A stretch of 64,000 nucleotides of DNA from contig OZ024745.1 of the NCBI GenBank assembly GCA_964016885.1, positions 108,996,001-109,060,000 on the forward strand. The letters run 5' to 3'. Below the pieces are notes generated by a model. It did not search any database and had not been told where the DNA came from. It saw only the letters and a program-made list of their open reading frames with translations. The translations under genes and the position numbers were made by a program. Origin of the DNA: Eledone cirrhosa. Lineage: Eukaryota. Below are positions 43,624 to 56,062 of the stretch, one piece after another. Every line of letters starts with the position of its first letter. Position 1 is the stretch's first letter.

Positions 43624-44302
43624 TTAACCACTCGGACACAGGGCTGTGTAAATACATTCTTCATACTGGACAAACCAACGAATGTAGAATATATCGTTAA
43701 CTAAACTAAATTGAATTATTCCAGATTACTTTGGATGAATTCCTTCAAGAAAACATAGAAAATTGACACTGAAACTTGCTTTACAAATTATCCCTGGCTT
43801 CTATTTAAGGTGAACGTTATTGTTAAAGCTACAAAATGGCGGTGGGTTAGCAGTGTCGATAAAAAGCTAGACATATATTTAGCAGAATTTGTTCTGGCCC
43901 TTTACGTTCTGAGTTCAAATCCCACCAAGATCAACTTTGCTTTTCAACCTTCGAACTCGATAGAAGTAGGGAGGTGGTCCTAGGGCTAAGGACACCAAAA
44001 ACTCCACTCCTACGGGCTCGACCGCAAAACTGTTGGAAAGCGACCGATACTTGGAGAGTTTACCCTCCTCGACCTGAAGTACAGCAGAGCCGGGGTTAGT
44101 CGCAGTTCACTTTTTGTCTTCTTTTTTATGTTTTCCGCTGGCTTTCCCTTTTTTTAATCTCTCTGTCTATCTTGTTTTTGTTTCTTAGCTGTAAGGGATA
44201 CTAGATACTTCCTATTGTCTGTTATAACTTACTAGCTATATACGGACATTTAATTGATTAAATGAATAAATAAATGAATAAATAAATAAGTATATGTGTG
44301 TA

Positions 44303-44415
<113 letters not shown>

Positions 44416-44840
44416 TCAGCTTCCTATGTCAACACCTTGCGGTTGGCTGGGTCCATGCGGTAGATTTGGTAAAAAGTCGAATTGAATTACACCACACCTA
44501 CGAACACAGCAACAGAAGCAACAATAACAACAGTGGCAACAACAATGACAGCCGAACAAATTAGGGAGTTTTAAAGTAGTAGCTCAAATTACTAAAAAGG
44601 AAGCAGCCAGATCCTCCACTAGTCACACCTTTGAAAAAAAAACAAAAACAAATCTGTCTGCTGGGGCCGCGGGGAGGCCTGCGCGTGGGCCCCCATTTGC
44701 TCATAATAATGAGAGATGGGGAGAGCGGGAGAGACGGAGGCAGTGACAGTGGGAGTTTGGTTCTATTATATTCGGACCTGGTATATATGTATATATATTT
44801 ATTTACAACACCACATTATCTATAAAACACACCATCAGGT

Positions 44841-45255
44841 TGGTGGATTGGCAGTGTCGGTAGAGGGTCGGACACCCTGCTTCGCCGCATAGAGTTACGT
44901 CCCTTTATGTTCTGAATTTAAATCCCGCCGAGGTTAACTTTGGCTTTCATCCTTACGGGGTCGATAAAATAAAGTACCAGTAATACACTGGGATAATTGC
45001 TGGCCTTGTGCCAAAAGTAGAAACAATTATCTATACAACAAACATTAATTTACTAAGCAACTAAGGGCGGTGGATTGGCAGTATCGGTAGAGGGTTGGAC
45101 GCCATGCTCTGCAGCATAGAGTTACGGCCCTTTATGGTCTGAGTTCAAATCCCTCCGTGGTTAATTTTGCCTTTCATCCTTACAGGGTCGATAAAATAAA
45201 GTACCAGTAATACACTAGGATAATTGCTGGCCTTGTGCCAAAAGTAGAAACAATA
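44841..45255 (+). mobile_element. Two SINE family 1 copies, the second with TSD
   Basis: Consensus matches; tactaagcaactaa flanks the second copy. Confidence 0.9.
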
Positions 45256-46074
45256 CTAAGCAACTAAAGGAATTGACCTATCTCTGATAGTCTCTTGACA
45301 TTCTGTTTTAACATTAAAATTGTCAAAATCTAGGGAATAAGATGGCCTACCTGCTAGAAATAGCAGTCGAATCCACGGTTAATCGCATTACTACACCATC
45401 ACCACCTCTACCACCACCACCGTTCCAACAACAACAGCAACAACAACACCACCACCACCAACAACAACAACAGGAATACATAGGATAATATAGTTCTAGA
45501 AATATGTTATATGGATTGATTACAGCTGGAATGGCTTTCGCTACAAGACTTCTCGATTATGGCTGAGCTGGGTTTAAATAGCAGCAGCAGCAACAACAAC
45601 AGCAACAGCAGTCGTTTACATCTGTTACTGAAAAACTCCAATTCTCGCCCTGCTGTCATACGTTGGTCCTTTACACATCTCTTTTGATTTTTCTACCTCG
45701 TAATATAAACCGCTTTTCTCATCTTCTACTCAAACTACACTACACCTCTACCTGTCATATTACTTAGTGGAGCCATTTTTAATCTAACATAATTTCACAC
45801 TCACATAATTAAGAAACATTCCATTTCGCTCCACTACGAAACATCAGGCGACAATATTGACTATTAAATACAAATTGCCCCAAGCTTACTTCACTTCATA
45901 TGTATTCCTTATTCGAAATTATCTCATACTAAAGATACTCCTCGCACAATTTGAGAACAAATAACCTCTTATGAAATATTGAATTAATTAATTTCTTTAT
46001 AAGAGACGATTCGTCAAATTAGCAATATATTTGATCAAAGAGAAATAGTCAGATACACGCTCTGCATAGAAACT

Positions 46075-46360
46075 AAGGCTCCTCCGTAATATCGGAACGG
46101 CAGCAGACCGTCTGAGGAAGGATCCTTGCGAGGTGGGCTGGCTGTTGCAGCGGGTGTCCCTGGCCACTATCCGCGGGGAGCAGCCAAAACATCGCTCTGA
46201 CCTAGCTGTAGTGTCTGTCACTCTCTCTCCTTCTTCTTTGTTTCTTTCTTTGCCTAATTGTCCTTGCTCTTTCTCTCCTTTATTTATGGCATTTATAGTC
46301 CTTTCCAATACTGCTTTCTTTTTCTCTATGTTTGACCTATTTATGGTTATGTCAACAATA
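46075..46360 (+). mobile_element. CRE-clade non-LTR retrotransposon 3' fragment, copy 1
   Basis: LLRNIGTAADRLRKDPCEVGWLLQRVSLATIRG matches the CRE C-terminal motif DPR..W/YL.QRIS.AIQRGN. The 3' UTR resembles copy 2. Confidence 0.7.
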
Positions 46361-46369
46361 CATTTTAAT

Positions 46370-46700
46370 AATGATTTCTACTTTAGGCACAAGGCCAGCA
46401 ATTTGGGGGAAGGAGAAAGTCGATTAAATTGACCCCAGTGCATTATTAGTGTTGTATAGGGCGGTGGATTGGCAGTATCGGTAGAACGTCAGACGCCATA
46501 CTTTGCAGTATAGAGTTACGACCCTTTACGTTCTGATTTCAAATCCCGCCGAGGTTAACTTTGCTTTTCATCCTTACGGGGGTCGATAAAATAAAAGTAC
46601 CAGTAATGCACTGGGGTAATTGCTGGCCTTGCGCCAAGAGTAGAAACAATTATTAGCGCTTTATTTTATCGAGCTCGTGAGGATGAAAGGCAAAGCTAGC
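46370..46700. mobile_element. Nested SINE family 1 copies (a + copy within a - copy)
   Basis: Minus-strand 3' end at 46370-46450 and its continuation at 46660-46700, interrupted by a plus copy at 46458-46653. Confidence 0.75.
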
Positions 46701-46734
46701 GATTGTAGTAAATGACTCTAGTAAATCCCGCCAA

Positions 46735-47230
46735 ATTCTAATGTGCAGCGTCTCGTTCTCCGCCTCCACCATTGTCGCCTCGGCCTCAAACCCGGGCTCA
46801 GTTGCCCGCAATGCTGAGGAGATGAAGTTAGTTAAAAACCGGGGTCTGATCGACTGCTTCCATTTTGCACCGGTCGCCGTCGAGACCTCTAGAGTCCTTG
46901 GTTCCCACATTGCTGTATTTCTCCGTAAAGTCGGAAAGGCGGTGGTCTGCTTCAGGAAGAACTGGGGGGTGAACTGGGGGTGGCTATTGCAGACAGTGTC
47001 TCTGGCCATTTTTCGCGGAAACGCCTGTGCCATTTTGTCCGCGGGATGCGACTGAGGCACCACTCAGACTGGCGTGTAGTGTCTGACCCTCTCCCTCTCC
47101 CATTCTTTCGTTGCTTGATCCTTTTTATTCTTTTCATTTTCTTTTTTTTTTTCTTCTTCCCCTTCAGTTCCCTTTAATACTGTTTTGTTTTTATTAGATT
47201 TTGCTCAATATATTTTTATATAATGTCAAC
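46735..47230 (+). mobile_element. CRE-clade non-LTR retrotransposon 3' fragment (restriction-like endonuclease region), copy 2
   Basis: PGSVARNAEEMKLVKNRGLIDCFHFAPVAVETSRVLG...WLLQTVSLAIFRGNACAIL: the AE.xK.xKY...F.P.AVET.G..G and RGNA motifs of CRE RLE domains. Confidence 0.8.
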
Positions 47231-47548
47231 GGTTTTTCATGTCGTGAGATCTTTTATATTGAATATGTGGGTTGATTTAATTATAAACGCCACAACGACT
47301 AGAACACGGGCAATGCAGATGAGATCGATATACATTTTTTTATTTTTTACGTTGCCAACTCCGAAAATATTTCGGTCTTATTGGAACTCCTCAGCGAAGT
47401 ATGCGCTTACCCTGTACAGTATTCTGTCTCAACACCGTGTCTTTTATTCGGAAAATTCCAATCTCAACGGCATACCAAGTTAAATAATTTTACTTTTATA
47501 TCAATCGATACAATGTTTGCGGCACAGACTGCTACTAGTCACCTTTGA

Positions 47549-47629
<81 letters not shown>

Positions 47630-47818
47630 TATATATATATAATGAATATTTTCCATATATGCACCCTAATGTACATATGTATGCCTCATTTAAGTAGATG
47701 TATACGTGCGTGTACAAACATGTGATATGCCTATAGATAGATATACATATGTATGTATGTCTGTGTGTATATGTATGCATGTGTGTATATGCGTCTATAT
47801 ATTATATATATATATAAT

Positions 47819-47852
<34 letters not shown>

Positions 47853-47964
47853 ACTATATATATAAATATATATTATATATGTGTGTGTGTGTGTGTGTGG
47901 TACATAGAAAAGAAAGGATGGACATACTGAATACACATACACACATAAACGCGTACATATACCC

Positions 47965-48013
<49 letters not shown>

Positions 48014-48025
48014 GTATATTATATA

Positions 48026-48102
<77 letters not shown>

Positions 48103-48179
48103 CACACATACATACATATATATACAAGTAATCACACAGCATGCGTACCATATATAAGTGATATCCATGTTATTCAGCC

Positions 48180-48370
48180 TTCAGATGGTATCTTCTCCGT
48201 TCTTGATAGTTTAGCCAGAAGCTATAGAGCAGCATATTTCTGTCTTTCACTCTTCTCAATGTGATCAAATGATGCCAGCCATAGCCTAATGGACTCATCT
48301 CCCTTTTGCCTGCTCTTTAATATCTTTCATCAAAACTCCTTAAATAGAATTTCTTCTCGCATACACTCCT
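48180..48370 (-). mobile_element. Possible decayed RTE 3' fragment
   Basis: Weak translation LRRVKDRNM resembles the RTE terminal DR..W region. Confidence 0.25.
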
Positions 48371-48448
48371 CTCTCTCTGTCTCTCTCTCTCTCTCTCTTT
48401 GCACTATCCTGTCCTCATAACCATTTGTTCATCTCTCTCTCTCTTCTT

Positions 48449-48499
<51 letters not shown>

Positions 48500-48550
48500 T
48501 TGTGTGTGTAAATATATATGCACATATATATAGGTGCATATATCTATATA

Positions 48551-48676
<126 letters not shown>

Positions 48677-49038
48677 TGTATATGTAGGCACATATGTAGA
48701 TGCATACATATAGATGCATATATATATATATATATTTATATATATGTGTGTGTATATATATATGCACATATATAGATGCATATATACATAAATATATATA
48801 CATATATATATATATTATATTATATATATATATTATATATATATATAAACATACTTGCTGTGTGTGTGTGAAGGTACGTATATGTTTGTTGTCATTGAGA
48901 TGCCAGCTTGCCTCCCTTAGGAATTTTATCGGTTCATTTACCTGGCTGTCCATATATGTCCTGTATGTCTGTCTGATTGTCCATCTATGCTTGGCTTGTC
49001 TGTTTGACTTTATCTCTCTCTCTCCTCTCTCTCCTCCC

Positions 49039-49070
<32 letters not shown>

Positions 49071-49339
49071 CCTCCCTCTCTCTCGCTCGCTCTCTCTCTC
49101 TCACACACTTACACTTTCACATTCGATCTCATCCCATTCTGTCTCTATTATGTATTGTCTTTTTGTCTTTATATTCGTATACTCGTCTCTTTTGCAGTAT
49201 ATCTTTTAGGTCCCTTATTTCATCCTCCTCCTTTCCCTTCTATACCTACCCCTATCTCTCACTCTCTTTCTTTGTGGTTTTCTCTCTCTCTCTCTCTCTT
49301 CTCTCACTCTCTCTCTCTCTCACTATATATATATATATA

Positions 49340-49595
<256 letters not shown>

Positions 49596-50072
49596 AGAAT
49601 GTTGTAATCAAGGAAATATTAATTATTTTTTCACTATACTACCCGGGATAGAAATGGTTAATAAATTGAGATTAAAAAATAAAAAATAATAAAATTAAAT
49701 AGTAAAAATAATTTTTAAAACCTCTAGACTCTAAAGCGGTTGCTATATTTTTAGCTGGTGTTGCGTTTTCGGCCAATGCTATATATAATTTACTGGGGTA
49801 GGGGTAGTGAGGCAACAGAAGCCCGATGGGCTGCCTTGGGGTAGGCGAAAGAGGAAAAAGGAAAAGGAAGAGGCGAGGGAGTGGAAGGAAGTGATAAGAA
49901 GAGATCAAAGGAAGAAGAAAAGAAAAAGAAAAAGAAAAAGAAAAGAAGTACATCTACCTGTGTATGCTGGGGTTTTCCCTATCTTGTTCGGCAAGTGGGG
50001 AAAAGAAGGATGTTGCAGCCATTGTCTACCCACCCGGGTCATGGGAGGGGGGGGGGGTTAAGTCCTACGCAA

Positions 50073-50290
50073 TCAGTGTTTACATGCAGTTACAAGTTCG
50101 CCTTTTTTGTTTAGGAGTTGGTCCTTCATAAACAGCATTTGTAATGTTTCCTCCGAGCATAAGTTACACGGACGGCGTCCTCCCATGTAGGAACTAGCCC
50201 TGGACAGTAAGCTCCAAGTAAGGTGGTATGTTATGTTGTTATCTTGGAGGTCGCAGATGTGGCCCGAAAGTGTAGTGGCATGTCGCCGGG
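50073..50290 (-). mobile_element. Penelope-like element, C-terminal GIY-YIG endonuclease fragment
   Basis: RHATTLSGHICDLQDNNITYHLTWSLLSRASSYMGGRRPCNLCSEETLQMLFMKDQLLNKKGELVTACKH matches the T.LS.HIW.LK...W.IL...Y...CNLC..EK..I...LN.R.E...C.H pattern. Confidence 0.85.
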
Positions 50291-50344
50291 CCGAAATCCG
50301 GCACGGCGACATGCCATTTATTATTACCACGCTAAAAATTCTAA

Positions 50345-50405
50345 TTTAGTCCAGAAATAGCCGTCGAAACGGCTTGAGCTTTGCCCTCGGGGTTAAACTT
50401 TTTCC
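50345..50405 (+). mobile_element. Family B arm joined in inverted orientation near the 5'-truncated side of the Penelope fragment
   Basis: tttagtccagaaatagccgtcgaaacggcttgagc...actttttcc, then (TA)n. Confidence 0.7.
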
Positions 50406-50407
50406 TA

Positions 50408-50501
<94 letters not shown>

Positions 50502-50562
50502 TAATGATAATAATAATAATAATAAAATGTGGAGAGGAAGCACACGAGTTAGGATATATATA

Positions 50563-50673
50563 TATGAAAACAGGGAGAAAAAGACGATTATTGGAAGGAA
50601 AAAGAAGAGAGAAAAAAAAGGGAAAAAATATATTTTTCTTCCTAATAATCGTCTTTTTCTCCTTGTTTTCATA
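50563..50673. mobile_element. TA-embedded fold-back family F
   Basis: tatgaaaacagggagaaaaagacgattattggaagg / cttcctaataatcgtctttttctccttgttttcata; a related arm lies at about 55850-55885. Confidence 0.65.
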
Positions 50674-50684
50674 TATATATATAT

Positions 50685-51601
50685 AATTGGAAATTTAGTA
50701 AAATCGAGTCTCTGGCGGTTTGCAAGCAAATTCGGCCTACTTATATGAAATGATGAGTTAGCAAAGCACTCGATTTTTCTCAACCTGTTAGTTCTATCGT
50801 TACTTTGGTATATTGTGTGTTAGATTTTGCCTACCACAATGTTCGATTTGTCAAGCTATTTAAACGTATGTTATTACTCTAAGGACCTACCTTATCGAGT
50901 GCTTTGCTAACTCATCATTTCATATAAGTAGGCCGAATTTGCTTGCAAACCGCCAGAGATTCGATTTTACTAAATTTACAATTATATTATTCTCCTAGAT
51001 TTAATAATTAACTAATTAATTTAATTAGACAATTCTGTTGCTTGGTTAATTATTTGTGTTTGTTTTATAATATCTAGTCGAGAGCTTATCATAATGATTA
51101 GCGGAAATTAAAATATTTCCTTTGTCTAACATTTTGAATGACCCGCCAAAAACCGGGGGTTATTTCCCTTGCTGGAATTAACACGTGACAGCTATAGATA
51201 CGATACGCTGCATCTAGCAGCAACAATTAGCCTATCACCCCGTTCTGGGTAGAACGAAAACCTGTTAAAAAAACTGAATCCTCTGTTCGATCATGAATAC
51301 CACGAGCTTGCCAGTCACGTAAGTTTGATATTTGATTTCGGATTCAAAGAAACACTTTAAACGTATAATCGTTTGATTTGTCCAGGTGTATTTTTCTCAA
51401 CCTGTTAGTTCTATCGTTACTTAGGTATATTATTGTGTGTTAGATTTTGCCTACCACAATGTTCGATTCGTCAAGCTATAAACGTATGTTATTACTCTAA
51501 GGACCTACCTTATCGAGTGCTTTGCTAACTCATCATTTCATATAAGTAGGCCGAATTTGCTTGCAAACCGCCAGAGATTCGATTTTATTAAATTTCCAAT
51601 T
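50685..51601 (+). mobile_element. TA-embedded non-coding element family E: inverted arm plus two 210-bp direct repeats
   Basis: 50685-50774 is the reverse complement of the repeat 3' end. Direct repeats lie at about 50773-50984 and 51390-51601. Confidence 0.8.
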
Positions 51602-51610
51602 ATATATATA

Positions 51611-51848
51611 TTAATAAAAACAATGAAATAAAAACAAAGAACAGGTTCCTTATATTTAAAAAAATCTTTTTAATATGTGGTACCTGTTCTTTGTTTTTAT
51701 TTCATTTATTAATTTATCTTGACTCTGTTTTCCTATGGTTTTTATCGTTAAATTTTGAATGCATTCTCTCTTTTCATGATATCTTCTATATTTGGGTTAC
51801 ATTGAGTTCTTCATACGGATTGGACACTACCGTTTATTTTGGTAGATT

Positions 51849-51855
<7 letters not shown>
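51611..51855 (+). mobile_element. Fold-back element family A, copy 3
   Basis: Palindromic head and the same ggtagatttatctac end. Confidence 0.75.
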
Positions 51856-51909
<54 letters not shown>

Positions 51910-52049
51910 TATATTGATGTATTGAAGGCTTCTTTGGTTTATTTTTTATAATTCTTCGGCTCTGTTTAATTACATTGAGCTATATCTTATACTGTCATTT
52001 CTATAATATGAAGAGTGTGTTAACTCCAACACACTCTAGTATTTTAATT

Positions 52050-52099
<50 letters not shown>

Positions 52100-52102
<3 letters not shown>

Positions 52103-52272
52103 ATAATAATAAATTTGAAGACTAAAATCCAAAGAGGGCTCGATAAGGATAAATATATATCAAATATATAAGAACCGTAGAGCAAATATTTATTAAAATA
52201 ACAGATTAAAGTTTAAGCAAAGAATCGCTGCTTTCACCCTTAAGGCTTAAACTTTAATCTGTTATGTTAATA
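52100..52272 (-). mobile_element. TA-embedded fold-back element family C, copy 1
   Basis: ataacagattaaagtttaagc / gcttaaactttaatctgttat arms; homolog at 59208-59410. Confidence 0.75.
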
Positions 52273-52311
52273 TATATATATATATAAATAAATACATTAT
52301 CGGAGAAAGCG

Positions 52312-52789
52312 TTTAGCGATACTCCGGCCAAATCCCAACTCACTCAACAAACATTAGGAAATAAGTGAGTATATTCCTAATTAAACGTTCGGGGTGCTAA
52401 CTATTTGTATTGTGTGGAAAATTGGCTGTATTAGTTCATATGAGATATATCGAATATTTCTCTTCCCAGACGGACGTCTCGTTTCATTATAAGATTCCTA
52501 CAATTTGGGTGAAATTATACCAATTTATGTAGAAGCTTGTATAAGATCAACAGATACTTATTCAAGTGGGCTCTTATAATTCTTCAGTGGGTGCCCAATA
52601 ATACTAATATTGATAATCCAATCAACATCAGTATTTAGCGATAATCACCACCAGTGCTTGAGGTAGCTGCCAAGTTGCTATTCTAGCTTTTCTAAAGAAA
52701 TTCTCAAACTGATTCAAAAATGAGGAAGAACTCCGGCCAAATCCCAACTCACTCAACAAACATTAGGAAATAAGTGAGTATATTCCTAA

Positions 52790-52793
<4 letters not shown>
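52312..52793 (-). mobile_element. Retrozyme-like unit: 63-bp direct repeats 409 bp apart enclosing a hammerhead
   Basis: actccggccaaatccc...tattcctaatta at 52321 and 52730; TA-rich sequence on both sides. Confidence 0.7.
52465..52591 (-). ncRNA. Type I hammerhead ribozyme motif with extended stem II loop
   Basis: Minus strand: ccca-CTGAAGA-attataaga-[77 nt]-tcttataat-GAAA-cg-agacgtc-cg-TC-tggg. Perfect 9-bp stem II and a GUC cleavage triplet. Confidence 0.8.
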
Positions 52794-52838
<45 letters not shown>

Positions 52839-52967
52839 GTGAGGTTTTTTTTACAAAATGAAAAATAACCGAGGTGTCCTACACGAGTGAAAGTATAAAC
52901 ACCAAATAAATATATATATTTTAAAAAAAATAAGACTCCAGTTGCATTTTCGATTTCATCTCTTTTT

Positions 52968-53363
<396 letters not shown>

Positions 53364-53675
53364 CTAGTTATTAACTACAAACCTCATTCAATTAAAAGAC
53401 TGAAACAGAGGTAGATGTCAAGAATAATATTATCATGTATTATATTGAAATATATGTGATTCCTTACAGATGGACATGTGTCGTTCTGTACGTACGTTTT
53501 CAAACAATTCGAAACATGGACATCTGTAACGAATCTCATTCATGTTGATGCAAAATATTACACACACACTGAGGATATCTACAGTACACTTATTTGGTTC
53601 ATCTCATCTGGATCACACATACACACACACACACACTCTCCTCCCCCCCTCTCTCTCTATATATATATATATATA

Positions 53676-53880
53676 TAACAAAGGAATTGTGGTAAGGAAC
53701 CAAATGGACCACAACGCACCAGAATACTCAATACTTAGGGTAGTAGAGTGGGAAATAGGAAAAAAGTATGACCCCGACGGCAGAGCTCAAGCCGTTTCGA
53801 CGGCTATTTCTGGACTAAATTGAGTTCAGAAATAGACGTCGAAACGGCTTGAGCTCTGCCGTCGGTGTCATACTTTTTCC
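53676..53880 (-). mobile_element. Fold-back family B, copy 2
   Basis: Same termini as 43043-43230, with a longer palindrome centre. Confidence 0.75.
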
Positions 53881-53963
<83 letters not shown>

Positions 53964-55161
53964 GAAATCTCTCCCTCTCTCTATATATATATGTGTGTCA
54001 TCGCCCTCTCATTTGTCTTTATTCTATCTTTTATCTTGTCTTCATTTGTTCTTTACCTCCATTATCTCTCTCCCCCTCAGTCAATCACCCTCTCTATGCC
54101 CTCTTCTAAATATCTATTTCTCTCTCTCATCTATTTAACTTCTACCCACCCTTTCTTACTCTATCTTTCTCTCACTGTCTCACTCATTATCTTCTTTGTT
54201 TGTTTTTTTTTCCTCCGTACATCGCATCATTTTCTCACTTCTTTCTCCCCCCCCCCCTCTCTCTGCTATTACCACTCCTCTTTCTATGTTATCATCTACC
54301 TAATTTTTGTCCCCGCTTTTCCTCCTTTTTTTTCTCCATTTTTCTCAACCCACTTCTGATATTTTCCTCATTCGTCATCTCTCTCTTTTTTCACCTCTTC
54401 CCTCCATATTTATATAATTACAGTCACAAAAGCACACACCATACTTTTGACACTCGATGAAAACCAAGTTTTTCGACAAGAACTCATGGAACTTCTTTAT
54501 TATATCAGAATGTTAATTCCCCGGGCATGTCATTTTTTCTCTCAATGTCGCCTTTGCTAACTTCATCTGCCTCCTCACAGCTCCTATTTCCACCACCACC
54601 ACCAGCACTCTCTCTTTTGCTGTCCACATCAGCATACCTCTATTCAGTGAATTGTATAACATAAAAGATCTGCACCCAAGCATGTCTTTCAGCGGGCCAC
54701 CTTGATGCATCTTTCCTAATACTAACCATACCTGATGCCTGAGCTTTTATTTTTGTTTTTTTCTTTCTACGCATTTTTATGCACTATTTTATGTTTATTT
54801 ATCTCTCTAAGAAGGTTTTTAGAGAGGGAAACGAAGGGAGTTAATAGCATTCAGAAGATGTATTTTCCCCGCCCCGCCTTTGAGAATTATTTAATCAATT
54901 TATTACTATACTATTTTTCGGTATATTTTCTTTTCTTTGCCTTATAACTTGTAAGAGAAGCTTGTAAGATGTAACTAACTTGTCAATGAACCCAAGACAT
55001 CATTTACATAAAGGAAATTCTGGACAAACTCCACTTATTAATTATCGAGTACTAGTATTATACATTGATCAATGTATCTTTTCATGTTTGTATTCTTGCT
55101 TATTTCCAATCGCTAAATTCTTCGATCGACTTCGGGTGACATGCTTTATCATTATTATTAC

Positions 55162-55257
<96 letters not shown>

Positions 55258-55525
55258 GTAGGAAACTACAAAAAGATATTCTGAATGTTGACACAGGATT
55301 CAATCTTTTGAATCACCACTCGCCAGTCGTTTTAGATGAAATTGTGGTTCTTTACATAGTATGGTACAAGAAATTGCTTTCTTTCAGCACAAGCCATTCT
55401 AGAAAAACGGAATTATTTCAGGAACCTTCTAATGCTTTGTGTGTGTCTGTGTGTATATGATATGAGCGTGTATAACAATATATATATATATATATACATA
55501 CACCCACATATATAAACACATTCAT

Positions 55526-55569
<44 letters not shown>

Positions 55570-55594
55570 ATATATATATATATATATTTATATA

Positions 55595-55728
<134 letters not shown>

Positions 55729-55882
55729 TACACATATGTATAAATATATACACATTTATATGTATATATATATGTGTGTGTGTGTGTGTTATTGCATCCT
55801 CTTGTTTGTTCGTTTCGTGTTTCCTTGCCTTATATATATATGTGTATATATATTTTTTTCTTCCTAATAATCGTTTTTCTCT

Positions 55883-55936
<54 letters not shown>

Positions 55937-55945
55937 ATATATATA

Positions 55946-56062
<117 letters not shown>

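Noticed and set aside
43970-44110. GC-richer segment resembling coding sequence (also 23040-23220 and 54513-54710)
   Set aside because: No recognisable motif in any frame; probably old repeat fragments that I cannot classify.
50073-50075. Selenocysteine UGA in the Penelope fragment
   Set aside because: The TGA follows the terminal C.H motif, not a conserved Cys position, and all visible Cys codons are normal.
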